Origin: an uncultured Mycoplasmatota bacterium
Lineage (GTDB): Bacteria > Bacillota_I > Bacilli_A > RF39 > UBA660
Length of the DNA: 47,491 nucleotides
Direction: 5' to 3'
Assembly (NCBI GenBank): GCA_947642475.1
Contig: CANRSQ010000004.1
Location: 1-47,491, forward strand
Positions 1 to 10,288 of this stretch are shown here, piece by piece. The number at the start of each line of letters is the position of its first letter. Position 1 is the stretch's first letter. Made by a program: the position numbers and the translations under genes. Below the pieces are notes generated by a model. The model was not told where the DNA came from and did no database searches. It saw nothing but the letters and a program-made list of their open reading frames with translations.

Positions 1-38
1 AGAAAAGTGATATAATGTAAGTACTTGGGGGAAGTAGT

Positions 39-872
39 ATGAATAATAAATTAAAAATAATATCAATTATATTATTAACCTTTTTAATTATTGTTTTTGC
101 CATGCGAAGTTTATTTAAAAAAGTAGAAATAGTTGAAGTAGGAGAAATACCAGTCGCTTTCAATCAAATAAAACCAGAATTACCACTAAAAAGTCCCAAA
201 ACACCAGAGCCAAGAACAAACGAAATACCATCAGTAGTCTCAGATAAAACAATATATTTAACCTTTGATGATGGGCCAAGCTACTTAACAAATCAAATTT
301 TAGATATTCTAAAACAAGGAAACGTTCCTGCCACATTTTTCGTAATAGGCACACACATTGACGAATATAAAGATACCGTAAAACGCGCCCACAACGAAGG
401 TCATACCATCGCCTTACATTCATTTACCCATAACTATAAATACATCTATAGTATCGATCAAAACTATTTTGACGATTTAAATAAAATAAAAAATAAAGTT
501 TATAATATAACCGGCAATAATTCAAGAATCATTAGATTACCAGGTGGATCATCAAACACCGTAAGTAAAAAATATAATCAAGGCATCATTACTAGAATAA
601 CAAATAAATTAAACGATAACGATTACTACTATTTTGATTGGAACGTTGATTCCGGTGACGCATCAGGTAAATTAACCAAGGAACAAATATATCACAATAC
701 AACTTCAGCCCTTCACCAAGGCCAAAACGTCATTTTAATGCACGATACAGCCGTTAAAAAATCAACCGTCGAAGCCCTCCCAGACATTATAAAATACGCC
801 AAAGATAATGGTTATACATTCGCCCGTATTACTAAAGATACAAGAACTACCCACCATCACATAAACAATTAA
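39..872 (+). CDS. Membrane-anchored polysaccharide (peptidoglycan GlcNAc) deacetylase, CE4/NodB family
   Basis: N-terminal TM helix; CE4 motifs TFDDGP, H-S-F-T-H, RLPGG, DWNVDSGD, LMHD. Confidence 0.92.
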   Translation: MNNKLKIISIILLTFLIIVFAMRSLFKKVEIVEVGEIPVAFNQIKPELPLKSPKTPEPRTNEIPSVVSDKTIYLTFDDGPSYLTNQILDILKQGNVPATFFVIGTHIDEYKDTVKRAHNEGHTIALHSFTHNYKYIYSIDQNYFDDLNKIKNKVYNITGNNSRIIRLPGGSSNTVSKKYNQGIITRITNKLNDNDYYYFDWNVDSGDASGKLTKEQIYHNTTSALHQGQNVILMHDTAVKKSTVEALPDIIKYAKDNGYTFARITKDTRTTHHHINN

Positions 873-893
873 AAATCATCCAGTATACACAAT

Positions 894-922
894 TTGACAC
901 AAATCACAAAATTAGGTATAAT
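894..922 (+). promoter_or_regulatory. Consensus sigmaA promoter for the orphan ORF at 953
   Basis: TTGACA (894-899), 17-bp spacer, TATAAT (917-922); G-rich RBS before ATG 953. Confidence 0.8.
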
Positions 923-952
923 TAAAAATGTCTGCGAAAGTAGGGGGATATT

Positions 953-1327
953 ATGAATAATAAACAATTAATTGAAGAATTAAAAAAACAAAAAGAAATG
1001 CTTGGACAAGGATTTTTCAACGAAGAATTACTAGAAAAATACCTTGAAGCATCTTATTTAAATAAATGTAACAAGCCAGTAGAAGAAAACATAGTAGAAA
1101 AAGAAAACATTGAACTATCTGGTATCGACTCACTAGAAAATCTTCATAATTCATTAGAAAAAATATATCCATATAAAGTAACAAACCCTAGATTTAAAAG
1201 AATTAAAAACACCTGGGATAACTTAAGTTTAATAACCAAAACAAATAAAGAAACTATAAATATAAGTATAATTAAACCAAAAGAAAATGGGTATCAAAAA
1301 ACCTTTAAACAAGAAAAAGCCGCTTAA
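953..1327 (+). CDS. Hypothetical protein (124 aa)
   Basis: Own consensus promoter, RBS and terminator; no family recognised. Confidence 0.75.
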   Translation: MNNKQLIEELKKQKEMLGQGFFNEELLEKYLEASYLNKCNKPVEENIVEKENIELSGIDSLENLHNSLEKIYPYKVTNPRFKRIKNTWDNLSLITKTNKETINISIIKPKENGYQKTFKQEKAA

Positions 1328-1337
1328 GGCTTTTTTC
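1313..1337 (+). terminator. Intrinsic terminator overlapping the stop codon
   Basis: AAAAGCC-gcttaa-GGCTTTTTT. Confidence 0.7.
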
Positions 1338-1421
1338 CATGCAAAAATGTTTGTTAAAGATAAAAATAAATGATATAATTAGTAAGAGAAAAATATATAA
1401 TTAAAGTATGGAGGATGATTT

Positions 1422-2222
1422 ATGTTACTTATATATCTACTTTTAGGGTTCATTCAAGGTTTAACTGAGCCAATACCAATCTCATCAAGTGGGCATCTAG
1501 TTATATTTAAAAATCTATTCGATTTAGACGCTTTAAAAGATTTAAACTTTGAAATATTCGCTAATTTTGGTAGTTTAATTGCCATTATAATCGTTTTTAG
1601 AAAAGATATCGCCAAACTATTTTGGGACTTTATCAATTATATAAAAACCAAAGACAAAAAATATAAAAGTGGTTTTCACTACGTTATTCTAGTTATCATT
1701 GCCACAATCCCAGCCGGACTATGCGGTTTAATCTTCAATGACCTAATCGAAAAATACCTAAGCAATGTCAAATATGTTGGAGTAGCCCTATTAGTAACCG
1801 CTTTATTCCTATTTTTAATCAGAAAATTAAAAGGAAGAAAAGATGATAACCAAATAACAATAAAAGACGCCATTACCATCGGACTATTTCAAGTAGTTGC
1901 CTTACTTCCAGGCATAAGCCGTAGTGGAGCTACATTAGTCGGCGGAATGTTCTCAGGGCTAAAAAGAGAAGTAGCCTTCAAATTTTCATTTATGTTATAT
2001 ATACCAATAAGCTTCGCAACAATGATTTTAGGCGTTAAAGACGTCGCTGAAGCCGGTATAGACGCAAATCTTTTAATAGGTTATATCCTAGGTGCCATAG
2101 TCGCCTGCATCGTAACCTTCTTCTCAACAAAATGGTTTAAAGGAATTATGCTAAAAGGTAAACTTATTTACTTCGTATGGTACTGTTTAATCGTTGGATC
2201 ATTAGTCTTACTATTCTTATAA
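1422..2222 (+). CDS. uppP: Undecaprenyl-diphosphate phosphatase (BacA/UppP)
   Basis: QGLTEPIPISSSGHL and PGISRSG motifs; polytopic membrane protein. Confidence 0.95.
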   Translation: MLLIYLLLGFIQGLTEPIPISSSGHLVIFKNLFDLDALKDLNFEIFANFGSLIAIIIVFRKDIAKLFWDFINYIKTKDKKYKSGFHYVILVIIATIPAGLCGLIFNDLIEKYLSNVKYVGVALLVTALFLFLIRKLKGRKDDNQITIKDAITIGLFQVVALLPGISRSGATLVGGMFSGLKREVAFKFSFMLYIPISFATMILGVKDVAEAGIDANLLIGYILGAIVACIVTFFSTKWFKGIMLKGKLIYFVWYCLIVGSLVLLFL

Positions 2223-2290
2223 GACAAATGGTCTTTTTTTCACTAAAAACACATATTTTCGTAGTATAATTAATCTAGGAAGGTGATAAA

Positions 2291-2956
2291 ATGAGAATCC
2301 TTATAGTCGATGACGAAAAACTAATTAGAGACGTTATTAGAGAATATGCCATAAACGAAGGCTTCGAAACAAAAGAAGCCGAAAATGGTAAAGAAGCTCT
2401 AGAAATAATCGAAAAAGAAAAAATAGATCTCGTCGTATTAGACGTGATGATGCCCAAAATGGATGGTTTAACATTTCTAAAAGAAATGAAAAAAATAAAA
2501 AATATCCCCGTTATAATCTTATCAGCCAGAAGTGAAGAATACGATAAACTAATCGGCTTTGATCTAGGAACCGATGACTATCTAACAAAGCCCTTTAGTC
2601 CAAAAGAACTAATCGCTAGAATAAAAGCCATTCTAAAACGAAGCGGTAAAACAAACGATAATCACTTCATATATAAAGATTTAAAAGTCGATTATAATGC
2701 TCACAGCGTATATATAAACGATAAAGAACTAAAACTAACCCCAAAAGAATATGAATTGTTATGTTACTTCATAAAAAATGAAAACATCGCCTTATCAAGA
2801 GAACAACTACTAAGTAATTTATGGGGATATGATTTTTATGGCGATGATCGAACTGTAGATACCCATATAAAAATGCTAAGAAATAACCTAGGAAAATATA
2901 GAAATTTAATAGTTACAGTTAGAGGAGTAGGTTATAAATTTGTCACAAATAAGTAA
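2291..2956 (+). CDS. OmpR/PhoB-family response regulator
   Basis: ILIVDDE, LDVMMPKMDG, KPFS receiver motifs; winged helix LTPKEYELL, RTVDTHIKMLR, TVRGVGY. Confidence 0.95.
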   Translation: MRILIVDDEKLIRDVIREYAINEGFETKEAENGKEALEIIEKEKIDLVVLDVMMPKMDGLTFLKEMKKIKNIPVIILSARSEEYDKLIGFDLGTDDYLTKPFSPKELIARIKAILKRSGKTNDNHFIYKDLKVDYNAHSVYINDKELKLTPKEYELLCYFIKNENIALSREQLLSNLWGYDFYGDDRTVDTHIKMLRNNLGKYRNLIVTVRGVGYKFVTNK

Positions 2957-4367
2957 TAAAATTAAAAAAATAACAAATTACCTAAAAAACAAAATAAAAA
3001 GAAATAGCCTAAATACCAAAATCTGGTTTTTCTTAATCTTATTTTCCGTACTAATACTCGCATTTATATGGATAATAGAAATAGTATTTTTAAATACATA
3101 TTATAGAAACTATAAAATAAATGAACTAAATAACGCTACTAAAGAATTATATAAAGACTTTAAACAAAATAACCTAAACTCATTATCACAAATCGCCATT
3201 AATAATAACGTATGCATAGAAATATACGGCGAAAATTCAGACTATGAAGCAAGATATTTTAACCAAGGATGTATGGAATTTGGCAATACCAATTTTGAAG
3301 TAAAAAAAGACTTTATAAATAGTAATATAAATCACAAAAAATATAAATTAATAAATAATAAACTTAAAAACGACATATTGATATATGCCTTAAAATTAGA
3401 TGATTCAACATATGCCTTTTTAAACGTTTCCTTACAGCCTATAGATGGCACCGTAAACATACTTAAAAGCCAAATGATATATGTAACCATAGTAACCCTT
3501 ATTTTGGCCCTAATAATCGGTTACTTCATCTCAAAAAAAATATCAAAACCAATCACCCAAATTTCCGACAAAGCCAAAAAAATGGGTGAAGGAAACTACG
3601 ATATAGATTTTAACGTTAATATCGACATCTATGAAATTCGTGAACTAGCCGAAACCTTAAACCAAGCCAAAAATGAATTAGCAAAAATGGATGAATTAAA
3701 ACGTGATTTAATCGCCAACGTTTCCCACGATTTAAAAACACCACTTACCATGATTAAAGCATATGCCGAAATGGTTAGAGATTTAAGTTATAAAAACAAA
3801 GACAAAAGGGAAGAACACCTAAATACAATAATCACCGAAACCGATAGATTAAACGCCTTAGTTAATGATTTATTAGATTTATCATCATTAGAAGAAAAAA
3901 GCGGCTTTCTCGACATAAAAAAATTCGACATCGTCAAAATAACCCAAGAAGTAATAAAAAAATTCGGCATCTTAACCGAACAAGAAGGATATAATTTCAT
4001 CTTCAAGCATCCAAAAGAAGCAATAGTAACCGCCGATGAAAAAAGAATTTATCAAGTAATATATAATCTAATAAACAACGCCATTAACTATACTGGAGAA
4101 GATAAGAATGTCACAATAACCATCGAGGAAAAACCAAACACATATTTAATCAGTATAAAAGATAGTGGTAAAGGCATTCCCAAAGAAGAAACAAAACTAA
4201 TTTGGGACAAATACTATCACAATAAGAAAAAACATAAAAGAAACGAATATGGAACAGGACTAGGGCTATCGATAGTTAAAAATATTTTGATAAACCATAA
4301 TTGTAAATATGGCATAACAAGTTCAAAAAAAGGAACAACTTTCTATTTTGAATTAAGCAAAAAATAA
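2940..4367 (+). CDS. Sensor histidine kinase (2 TM, HAMP, HisKA, HATPase)
   Basis: SHDLKTPLT H-box, NLINNAINY N-box, DSGKGI G1, GTGLGLSIV G2; overlaps the response regulator. Confidence 0.95.
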   Translation: MSQISNKIKKITNYLKNKIKRNSLNTKIWFFLILFSVLILAFIWIIEIVFLNTYYRNYKINELNNATKELYKDFKQNNLNSLSQIAINNNVCIEIYGENSDYEARYFNQGCMEFGNTNFEVKKDFINSNINHKKYKLINNKLKNDILIYALKLDDSTYAFLNVSLQPIDGTVNILKSQMIYVTIVTLILALIIGYFISKKISKPITQISDKAKKMGEGNYDIDFNVNIDIYEIRELAETLNQAKNELAKMDELKRDLIANVSHDLKTPLTMIKAYAEMVRDLSYKNKDKREEHLNTIITETDRLNALVNDLLDLSSLEEKSGFLDIKKFDIVKITQEVIKKFGILTEQEGYNFIFKHPKEAIVTADEKRIYQVIYNLINNAINYTGEDKNVTITIEEKPNTYLISIKDSGKGIPKEETKLIWDKYYHNKKKHKRNEYGTGLGLSIVKNILINHNCKYGITSSKKGTTFYFELSKK

Positions 4368-4394
4368 AACTTTGGAAATTCCAAAGTTTATTTT
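4367..4394. terminator. Bidirectional terminator between convergent genes
   Basis: AAACTTTGGAA-a-TTCCAAAGTTT inverted repeat between the two stop codons. Confidence 0.7.
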
Positions 4395-4891
4395 CTTTTA
4401 AATAATTTTTTAACCCTAGATGTCACTTTATCAAGTTCGCATTTAGCTTCTTGACCCTTAGCTTCATCCGCAAGCATTGCTCTTGTATCAAATTCATCAC
4501 GAAGTCCATATTTAATTTTGCTAGCTCTAAACATTGCATTCGCTGGAACGCAACTAAATAAATCACCCATTTGTAAACTACGTTCGCCTCTTAATTCAAT
4601 TGCCATATAATTATTATAACGTTCAACATCACTAAAAATACTTAATATTTTATCTAATGAAAGATCTACATCCATAGAAGCAATAGGAACCTCAGAAATA
4701 ATATTTTCAGGTTTTACTTCAATTCCACTAACTAAGTCAACTAAAACACCATCACCGCAATAAAGTAAACCATTCCTTTGGCCATTAACTACTACATAAT
4801 TTTCCCCGCAACTATCATAATAATTAAACCTATATTCATATTTAAATTCTGCAAACTTCAAGTCCTTCGTATTATATACTTTTTTCTTCAT
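4388..4891 (-). CDS. Hypothetical protein (~167 aa)
   Basis: Long ORF; AGGTGA RBS places the start at ATG 4891; no family recognised. Confidence 0.7.
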   Translation of the reverse strand: MKKKVYNTKDLKFAEFKYEYRFNYYDSCGENYVVVNGQRNGLLYCGDGVLVDLVSGIEVKPENIISEVPIASMDVDLSLDKILSIFSDVERYNNYMAIELRGERSLQMGDLFSCVPANAMFRASKIKYGLRDEFDTRAMLADEAKGQEAKCELDKVTSRVKKLFKRK

Positions 4892-5006
4892 AAAATTCAC
4901 CTTTCTCTAACTTTATAAAATCCCCATAAAGTCCCTATATTTTACCACATTTTCGCCAAATATACAAATTATAATCAAAATATGCTATAATTATATAGGT
5001 GATACA

Positions 5007-5927
5007 ATGATATATCTATTATATGGTACTAAAAATCATTTAATTCAAAATGAAATCAAAAAAATATCAAAAACTTTCGAAAATATAAATATAAGTAAAT
5101 TTGATTTAGATAGTGAAAATATCGAAAATATAATCAACGACTGTATGACGCTGCCACTTTTTAGTGAAAAAAAACTCGTAATCTGTGAAAATGCCAATAT
5201 GTTTACCGCCTCAACCAGCAAAGATAGTGAAATAATTGAACAATATTTAAACAATCCCAACCCAGATACAACCTTAATATTCACCATTAACCAAGAAAAA
5301 ATAGATGAACGAAAAAAAATAACCAAATTAATAAAGAAAAACGGAACCGTAAAAGAATTTAACGAAAATATAAGCCCCGTTCAAATAATCAAAACAGGTC
5401 TAAAAGACTATCAAATAGATAATAGTCTAATAAACCTATTCATAGAAAGAGTAGGCGACAATTCATTAATCTTAGAAAATGAAATTGAAAAATTAAAACT
5501 ATATAAAGAAGATCAAATAATTACCAAAGAAGATATATTAAATGTAACTACAAAAAAGATAGATACCGATATTTTTAAATTACTAGACCACATAGTAAAA
5601 AATAATAAAAGTGAAGCCCTAGAAATATATCATGAAATGATAAAAATGAACGAAGAACCAATAAAAATAATAATCATGCTTGCAAATCAATTTAGAATCA
5701 TGTATCAATCAAAAGAATTATTAAAAAAAGGATTATCCGAAAAAGATATCGCCAGTACTTTAAAAATCCATCCATATAGAATAAAATTAGCCATTCAAAA
5801 TGGAAAAAAATATAGTTCAGACTTACTATTACAATATCTTTCCGATTTAGCCGATATCGATATCAATATCAAAACCGGTAAAACCGATAAAAATCTCGCA
5901 CTAGAACTTTTCATACTAAAAAAATAG
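5007..5927 (+). CDS. holA: DNA polymerase III delta subunit
   Basis: MIYLLYG start, LPLFSEKKLVI, NEIEKLKLY, IFKLLD, IHPYRIK, IKTG motifs. Confidence 0.93.
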   Translation: MIYLLYGTKNHLIQNEIKKISKTFENINISKFDLDSENIENIINDCMTLPLFSEKKLVICENANMFTASTSKDSEIIEQYLNNPNPDTTLIFTINQEKIDERKKITKLIKKNGTVKEFNENISPVQIIKTGLKDYQIDNSLINLFIERVGDNSLILENEIEKLKLYKEDQIITKEDILNVTTKKIDTDIFKLLDHIVKNNKSEALEIYHEMIKMNEEPIKIIIMLANQFRIMYQSKELLKKGLSEKDIASTLKIHPYRIKLAIQNGKKYSSDLLLQYLSDLADIDINIKTGKTDKNLALELFILKK

Positions 5928-5947
5928 GAAAAATCCTATTTTTTTTC
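5919..5947. terminator. Bidirectional terminator (holA / XRE gene)
   Basis: AAAAAAATAGGA-aaaa-TCCTATTTTTTT containing both stop codons. Confidence 0.65.
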
Positions 5948-6148
5948 TATAGTAATTTCAATATCGTACTTTTTAGCAATTTCAAGTAATGTATTTAAGA
6001 AAATACGATTACGTCCATTTTCAATATTATTAATACTATCACGGCTTCTCCCTAAAGATTCAGCAAAATCTTTTTGAGATAGTTCTGTCCATTCCCTAAT
6101 AATTTTTACTATTTCAGCCGCACTATAATCATTTGCCTTTATTTTCAT
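5936..6148 (-). CDS. Small XRE-family helix-turn-helix regulator
   Basis: IREWTELSQKDFAESLGRSRDSINNIENGR HTH_3 signature; GAGGTG RBS. Confidence 0.9.
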   Translation of the reverse strand: MKIKANDYSAAEIVKIIREWTELSQKDFAESLGRSRDSINNIENGRNRIFLNTLLEIAKKYDIEITIEKK

Positions 6149-6197
6149 CTAAACACCTCTAACACAGTCTATCAATAAAAGATACAAAAATGAGCTG

Positions 6198-6234
6198 TTT
6201 GAGTATTGATTGTACTCAAATATAGTGATATAAT
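6198..6234 (+). promoter_or_regulatory. Promoter with a palindromic operator straddling the -35 box
   Basis: TTTGAGTA-N7-TACTCAAA (6198-6220) enclosing TTGATT (6206-6211); 17 bp to TGaTATAAT (-10 at 6229-6234). Confidence 0.7.
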
Positions 6235-6283
6235 TAACGTATAATTGAGTATAAATAATAATCAACAAAGTAGGTGTAATAAA

Positions 6284-8515
6284 GTGAGACAAAAAAGAAA
6301 AAACAAAATAATAATATTTTCGTTACTAGGACTATTATGTATAATGATGACAGGATATGCCGCATTTCAAACAAATTTAAAAATAAAAGGAACATCAGGA
6401 ATAAGTTCTAACTGGGATATTAAAATAACAAGTGTAACAGAATCAGGTAAAGAAGGCAGCGCCGAAACAGCAAAAGCTCCATCATGGACAAATTTAACCG
6501 CATGCATGGAAGCAAACTTATATGAAAAAGGAGACTCTGTAGAATACGATGTAACAGTAGAAAATAATGGAACATTAGATGCTAAATTAGAAAGCATTAG
6601 TAATAACATAAAATCAACAAATGAAGCCGTAAAAATAACCTTTTCAGGATACAAAAAAGGAGAAAAACTATTTAAAAATTCATCTAAAATAATAAAAGTA
6701 AAAATAGAATATAATCCAGACTTTACAGGAATCCCAGAAGAAGGTTCTGGAGAAGTAAGTATAGAATTGAATTATACTCAAGCCGAAGGCGGAACAATAA
6801 CCCCAACTAATAATTATTTACTAACTTATGATTATGCTACCAATGGAGGTTCTAATACGACCGGTTCAGAATACTATGCCTCAGAAACAGAAGAAGTAGA
6901 TTTAAGTCCAATCGCCGAAAAAGAAGGCTATGAATTTATAGGCTGGAATACAAATAAAGACGCCACCGAAGGATTAGAATCATTACAAATGCCAAGTGAA
7001 GACACAATGCTTTATGCAATATTCAAAAAAGCTTTAACTGTAAATTATACAAAAAATGACAATATAACATCTATAAGTAAAGAAAATGATATCTGTTATT
7101 TATATAATCAAAATGCAACATGTGAAATAACATTACCAACTATAACCGCCAAAGGATACAATATATTAGGCTGGTATAAAAATTCCGAAAAAGTTGGAGA
7201 TAGTAATGATAGATATGCTATAACAGAAAGTACAAATTTAACCGCAAAAGCCATTGATGATATAAAGCCATCAACACCAACAATAACAAATAACAGCAAT
7301 GGAAACTGGAGTACTAATGATGTAACAGTAACAATAACAAGTACCGATGAAGGTAGTGGAATAGACCATTATGAATGGTACGAAAATAACGCATGGACCG
7401 AAAGAGCTATGACAACATCAGATGGACAAGGAACAATAACGTATACAACAAATAGAAACGAAACAATCAAATTTAGAGCCGTAGATAAAGCCGGAAATAC
7501 ATCAGAAGAAGCAAGCACAACCGTAAAAATAGATAAAAGTGACCCAACTCTAAGTATAGCAACAAGCAAAACAACAAAAAGCATAACAATCGTTTCTACT
7601 GCCACCGCAACAAGTGGAATAACCAAATATGAATTTAGTAAAGATGGTGGAAGCACATGGACTACAGGAAGTAGTAATACCTATACATTTAGTGGATTAA
7701 AAAACAATACTGCCTATAGTATAAAAGCCAGAGTCACCAGTGGAGTAGGAAAGCAAACAACAAGTGGTGCAACTTCAGTTACTACAAATAATATACCAAC
7801 ACCAACATATTCAGTTAGTGGAACTGCTCCAAAAACAGTAAAAATTACATTCCCAAGTGGATGTGGCTCTACATATACCTGTACTTATAAACAAAATAAC
7901 GGAACAGAAGTAAAAGTCACCAGCACAACCGCCAGTGTATCATTTACAGCCTCAGGAACATTAGTTGGAAAAGTAAGTGACGGAGCCAATACCGTTAGTA
8001 GTTCTTATAGCGTAACTATTAATTATTCATTTAGTAATACAGAACAAACACTAACATCATGCACAGCTACAAGTGCCATCACATGTAATTATTCTAATTT
8101 AAATAAGACATATCGAACTTGTGCACCATATTATTACACTCGTGAAGTTAATAAAATAGAGTTAAGATGTGGCCACGGATCACCAATACAATGCCGCATT
8201 GGAAACACTTCCTCATCTTATGATGTCTACTATAATACATCATTTTCCTATACAAATTCAGGCGTTTTCAGATTAGCAGAACCACCGAAGAGACTTGATT
8301 TAAGTAGTCAGTGGACTAGCGGTCAGGTCAGCGACCTTTATAAGCTAATTGCTGATACCATAAAAGGAAATTATATCACACTTAATAGGTCGACGGCAGA
8401 TACTATGTATTATGTTAAAACAATAAATGATTCCTATAATACAATTAAATTTAGTGGAACAGTGTATGAATCAAACTATTATAAAGTTACTATCCATACA
8501 TGTGTAGCTAGTTAA
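6284..8515 (+). CDS. Large secreted/surface protein: SipW-like signal, InlB-B-type repeats, Ig/FN3-like Ser/Thr-rich domains, Cys-rich C-terminus
   Basis: AGGTG RBS gives GTG 6284; basic N-terminus + TM + GYAAF; YDYATNGG...KEGYEFIGWNT repeat; FRAVDKAGN and YTFSGLKNNTAYSIKARV beta-sandwich motifs. Confidence 0.8.
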   Translation: MRQKRKNKIIIFSLLGLLCIMMTGYAAFQTNLKIKGTSGISSNWDIKITSVTESGKEGSAETAKAPSWTNLTACMEANLYEKGDSVEYDVTVENNGTLDAKLESISNNIKSTNEAVKITFSGYKKGEKLFKNSSKIIKVKIEYNPDFTGIPEEGSGEVSIELNYTQAEGGTITPTNNYLLTYDYATNGGSNTTGSEYYASETEEVDLSPIAEKEGYEFIGWNTNKDATEGLESLQMPSEDTMLYAIFKKALTVNYTKNDNITSISKENDICYLYNQNATCEITLPTITAKGYNILGWYKNSEKVGDSNDRYAITESTNLTAKAIDDIKPSTPTITNNSNGNWSTNDVTVTITSTDEGSGIDHYEWYENNAWTERAMTTSDGQGTITYTTNRNETIKFRAVDKAGNTSEEASTTVKIDKSDPTLSIATSKTTKSITIVSTATATSGITKYEFSKDGGSTWTTGSSNTYTFSGLKNNTAYSIKARVTSGVGKQTTSGATSVTTNNIPTPTYSVSGTAPKTVKITFPSGCGSTYTCTYKQNNGTEVKVTSTTASVSFTASGTLVGKVSDGANTVSSSYSVTINYSFSNTEQTLTSCTATSAITCNYSNLNKTYRTCAPYYYTREVNKIELRCGHGSPIQCRIGNTSSSYDVYYNTSFSYTNSGVFRLAEPPKRLDLSSQWTSGQVSDLYKLIADTIKGNYITLNRSTADTMYYVKTINDSYNTIKFSGTVYESNYYKVTIHTCVAS

Positions 8516-8548
8516 AAATAACATCAAATATAAACTTAACGCATACTA

Positions 8549-8570
8549 AAAAATAGGGGAAGCCCTATTT
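8549..8570. terminator. Bidirectional terminator
   Basis: AAAATAGGG-gaag-CCCTATTTT. Confidence 0.7.
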
Positions 8571-9764
8571 ATTTTGTATCTTATCATAAATTTGTTTAAT
8601 CGAAATTTCATACTTACTTGTAGTTTTAGGTACATAATATTTTTTACCAAGAAGCTCATCAGGCAAATACTGCTGTTTAACATAACTACCTTTGTAACTA
8701 TGTGGATACTTATAATCCTTAGAATTAGTTTTTAAATGACTAGGAACCTTACCAACATTACCCTTATAAACATCATTTAAAGCCGTATTAATCGCATCAT
8801 GAGCACTATTACTTTTAGGTGATAACGCCATTTCAATAACAATTTCCCCTAAAGGAATGCGAGCTTCAGGTAAGCCTAAACGTTCACAAGCCGCAATACA
8901 AGCATTTAATCTAGGCCCAATCGCTGGATTCGCAAGCCCAATATCTTCATAAGCAATAACAGATAACCTTCTAAAAATAATATCCAAATCTTCCGCCGCA
9001 ATAAGCCTAGCTAAATAATGTAAAGCCGCATCAACATCACTACCACGTATCGACTTTTGAAATGCACTAATAACATCATAATAACCATCATCATTCTTAT
9101 CAATATATAAATTAGGTTTATTATTTATTCTTTTAACCACTTCTAAATCAACCTTAAAATCACTAGTAGAGTAGTAAGAAACCTCAAGTAAATTATATGC
9201 AAACCTTAAGTCACCACCAGCCAAAGAAGCAATATAATTAAGTGCTTCGTCAGTAACTTCAATGCCATTTAAAGAATCTAAACTACCTCGAAGACCATCC
9301 AAAATATCTTCCTCACTTAAAGGCCTAAGTTCAAATAATTGACATCTGCTTCTAATAGCCGGATTAATAGAATGATAAGGATTCGCCGTCGTCATCCCAA
9401 TTAAAGTAATAATCCCACTTTCTAAATAAGGTAAAAGTAAATCCTGTTTATCCTTATTCAAACGATGAATTTCATCCATAATTAAAATGAAATTATCTTC
9501 AGCCTTTGCCCTTATAACCATCTCATCAAAATTTTTTTTACTATTAATAACCGCATTTAAAAATCCAAAAGGTAAATTAAGTTCATTAATCATCGCATAC
9601 GCCAAAGTCGTTTTACCAGTACCTGGAGGGCCATATAAAATCATCGAAAAAATCTTTTTATTATTTATTAAGTTACTTAAAACCTTATTTTCACCAATCA
9701 AATGTTTTTGTCCAATAACATCTGAAAGCTTTTCCGGTCTACTTAAATGTGCTAAAGGTTCCAT
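8565..9764 (-). CDS. rarA: Replication-associated recombination protein A (RarA/MgsA AAA+ ATPase)
   Basis: EPLA..RP, GPPGTGKTT, DEIHR, TTANP, SAFQKSIRGSD, EDIGLANP, YKYPH; start reassigned to ATG 9764. Confidence 0.95.
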   Translation of the reverse strand: MEPLAHLSRPEKLSDVIGQKHLIGENKVLSNLINNKKIFSMILYGPPGTGKTTLAYAMINELNLPFGFLNAVINSKKNFDEMVIRAKAEDNFILIMDEIHRLNKDKQDLLLPYLESGIITLIGMTTANPYHSINPAIRSRCQLFELRPLSEEDILDGLRGSLDSLNGIEVTDEALNYIASLAGGDLRFAYNLLEVSYYSTSDFKVDLEVVKRINNKPNLYIDKNDDGYYDVISAFQKSIRGSDVDAALHYLARLIAAEDLDIIFRRLSVIAYEDIGLANPAIGPRLNACIAACERLGLPEARIPLGEIVIEMALSPKSNSAHDAINTALNDVYKGNVGKVPSHLKTNSKDYKYPHSYKGSYVKQQYLPDELLGKKYYVPKTTSKYEISIKQIYDKIQNK

Positions 9765-9824
9765 ATACATCACCACTAATATTATACCATCTTTACCCAA
9801 TACCACAAAACAAAAACCGTTATA

Positions 9825-10211
9825 TTAACGGTCTTTTTCCTTTTTAAGTAAATCTCTAATCTCTTCAAGTAAAATAACTTCCTCAGATTTCTTATTTTCT
9901 TCTTCTTTTTCCTTTTTATCTTCATGTCTAGCAATCTTATTAATAAGTTTAATAAACACAAAAATACAAAAAGCAATAATAAGAAAATCAACAATATTTT
10001 GAATAAACATTCCATAATTTATGCTCGCGCTACCAATCTTTAAAGTAAGACCGCCAAAATCAAGGCCACCTAAACATATCCCAATAAGCGGCATCAAAAC
10101 ATCATTAACCAAAGAAGAAACAATTTTCCCAAAAGCGCCACCAACAATAACACCAACAGCCAAATCAATAACGTTTCCTCTAGAAATAAACTCTTTAAAT
10201 TCCTTAATCAT
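9825..10211 (-). CDS. mscL: Large-conductance mechanosensitive channel
   Basis: [37 protein letters not shown]...LLEEIRDLL. Confidence 0.97.
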   Translation of the reverse strand: MIKEFKEFISRGNVIDLAVGVIVGGAFGKIVSSLVNDVLMPLIGICLGGLDFGGLTLKIGSASINYGMFIQNIVDFLIIAFCIFVFIKLINKIARHEDKKEKEEENKKSEEVILLEEIRDLLKKEKDR

Positions 10212-10288
10212 AAATCCTCCTTCATTCCCATTATAGCACACATTGTAAAATAAGCATATTTTTGCTAAAATAATAATAGGTGAAAAAC

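Noticed and set aside
8050-8515. DGR variable region in the surface-protein C-terminus
   Set aside because: No reverse transcriptase, template repeat or adenine-specific variant copy in the window.
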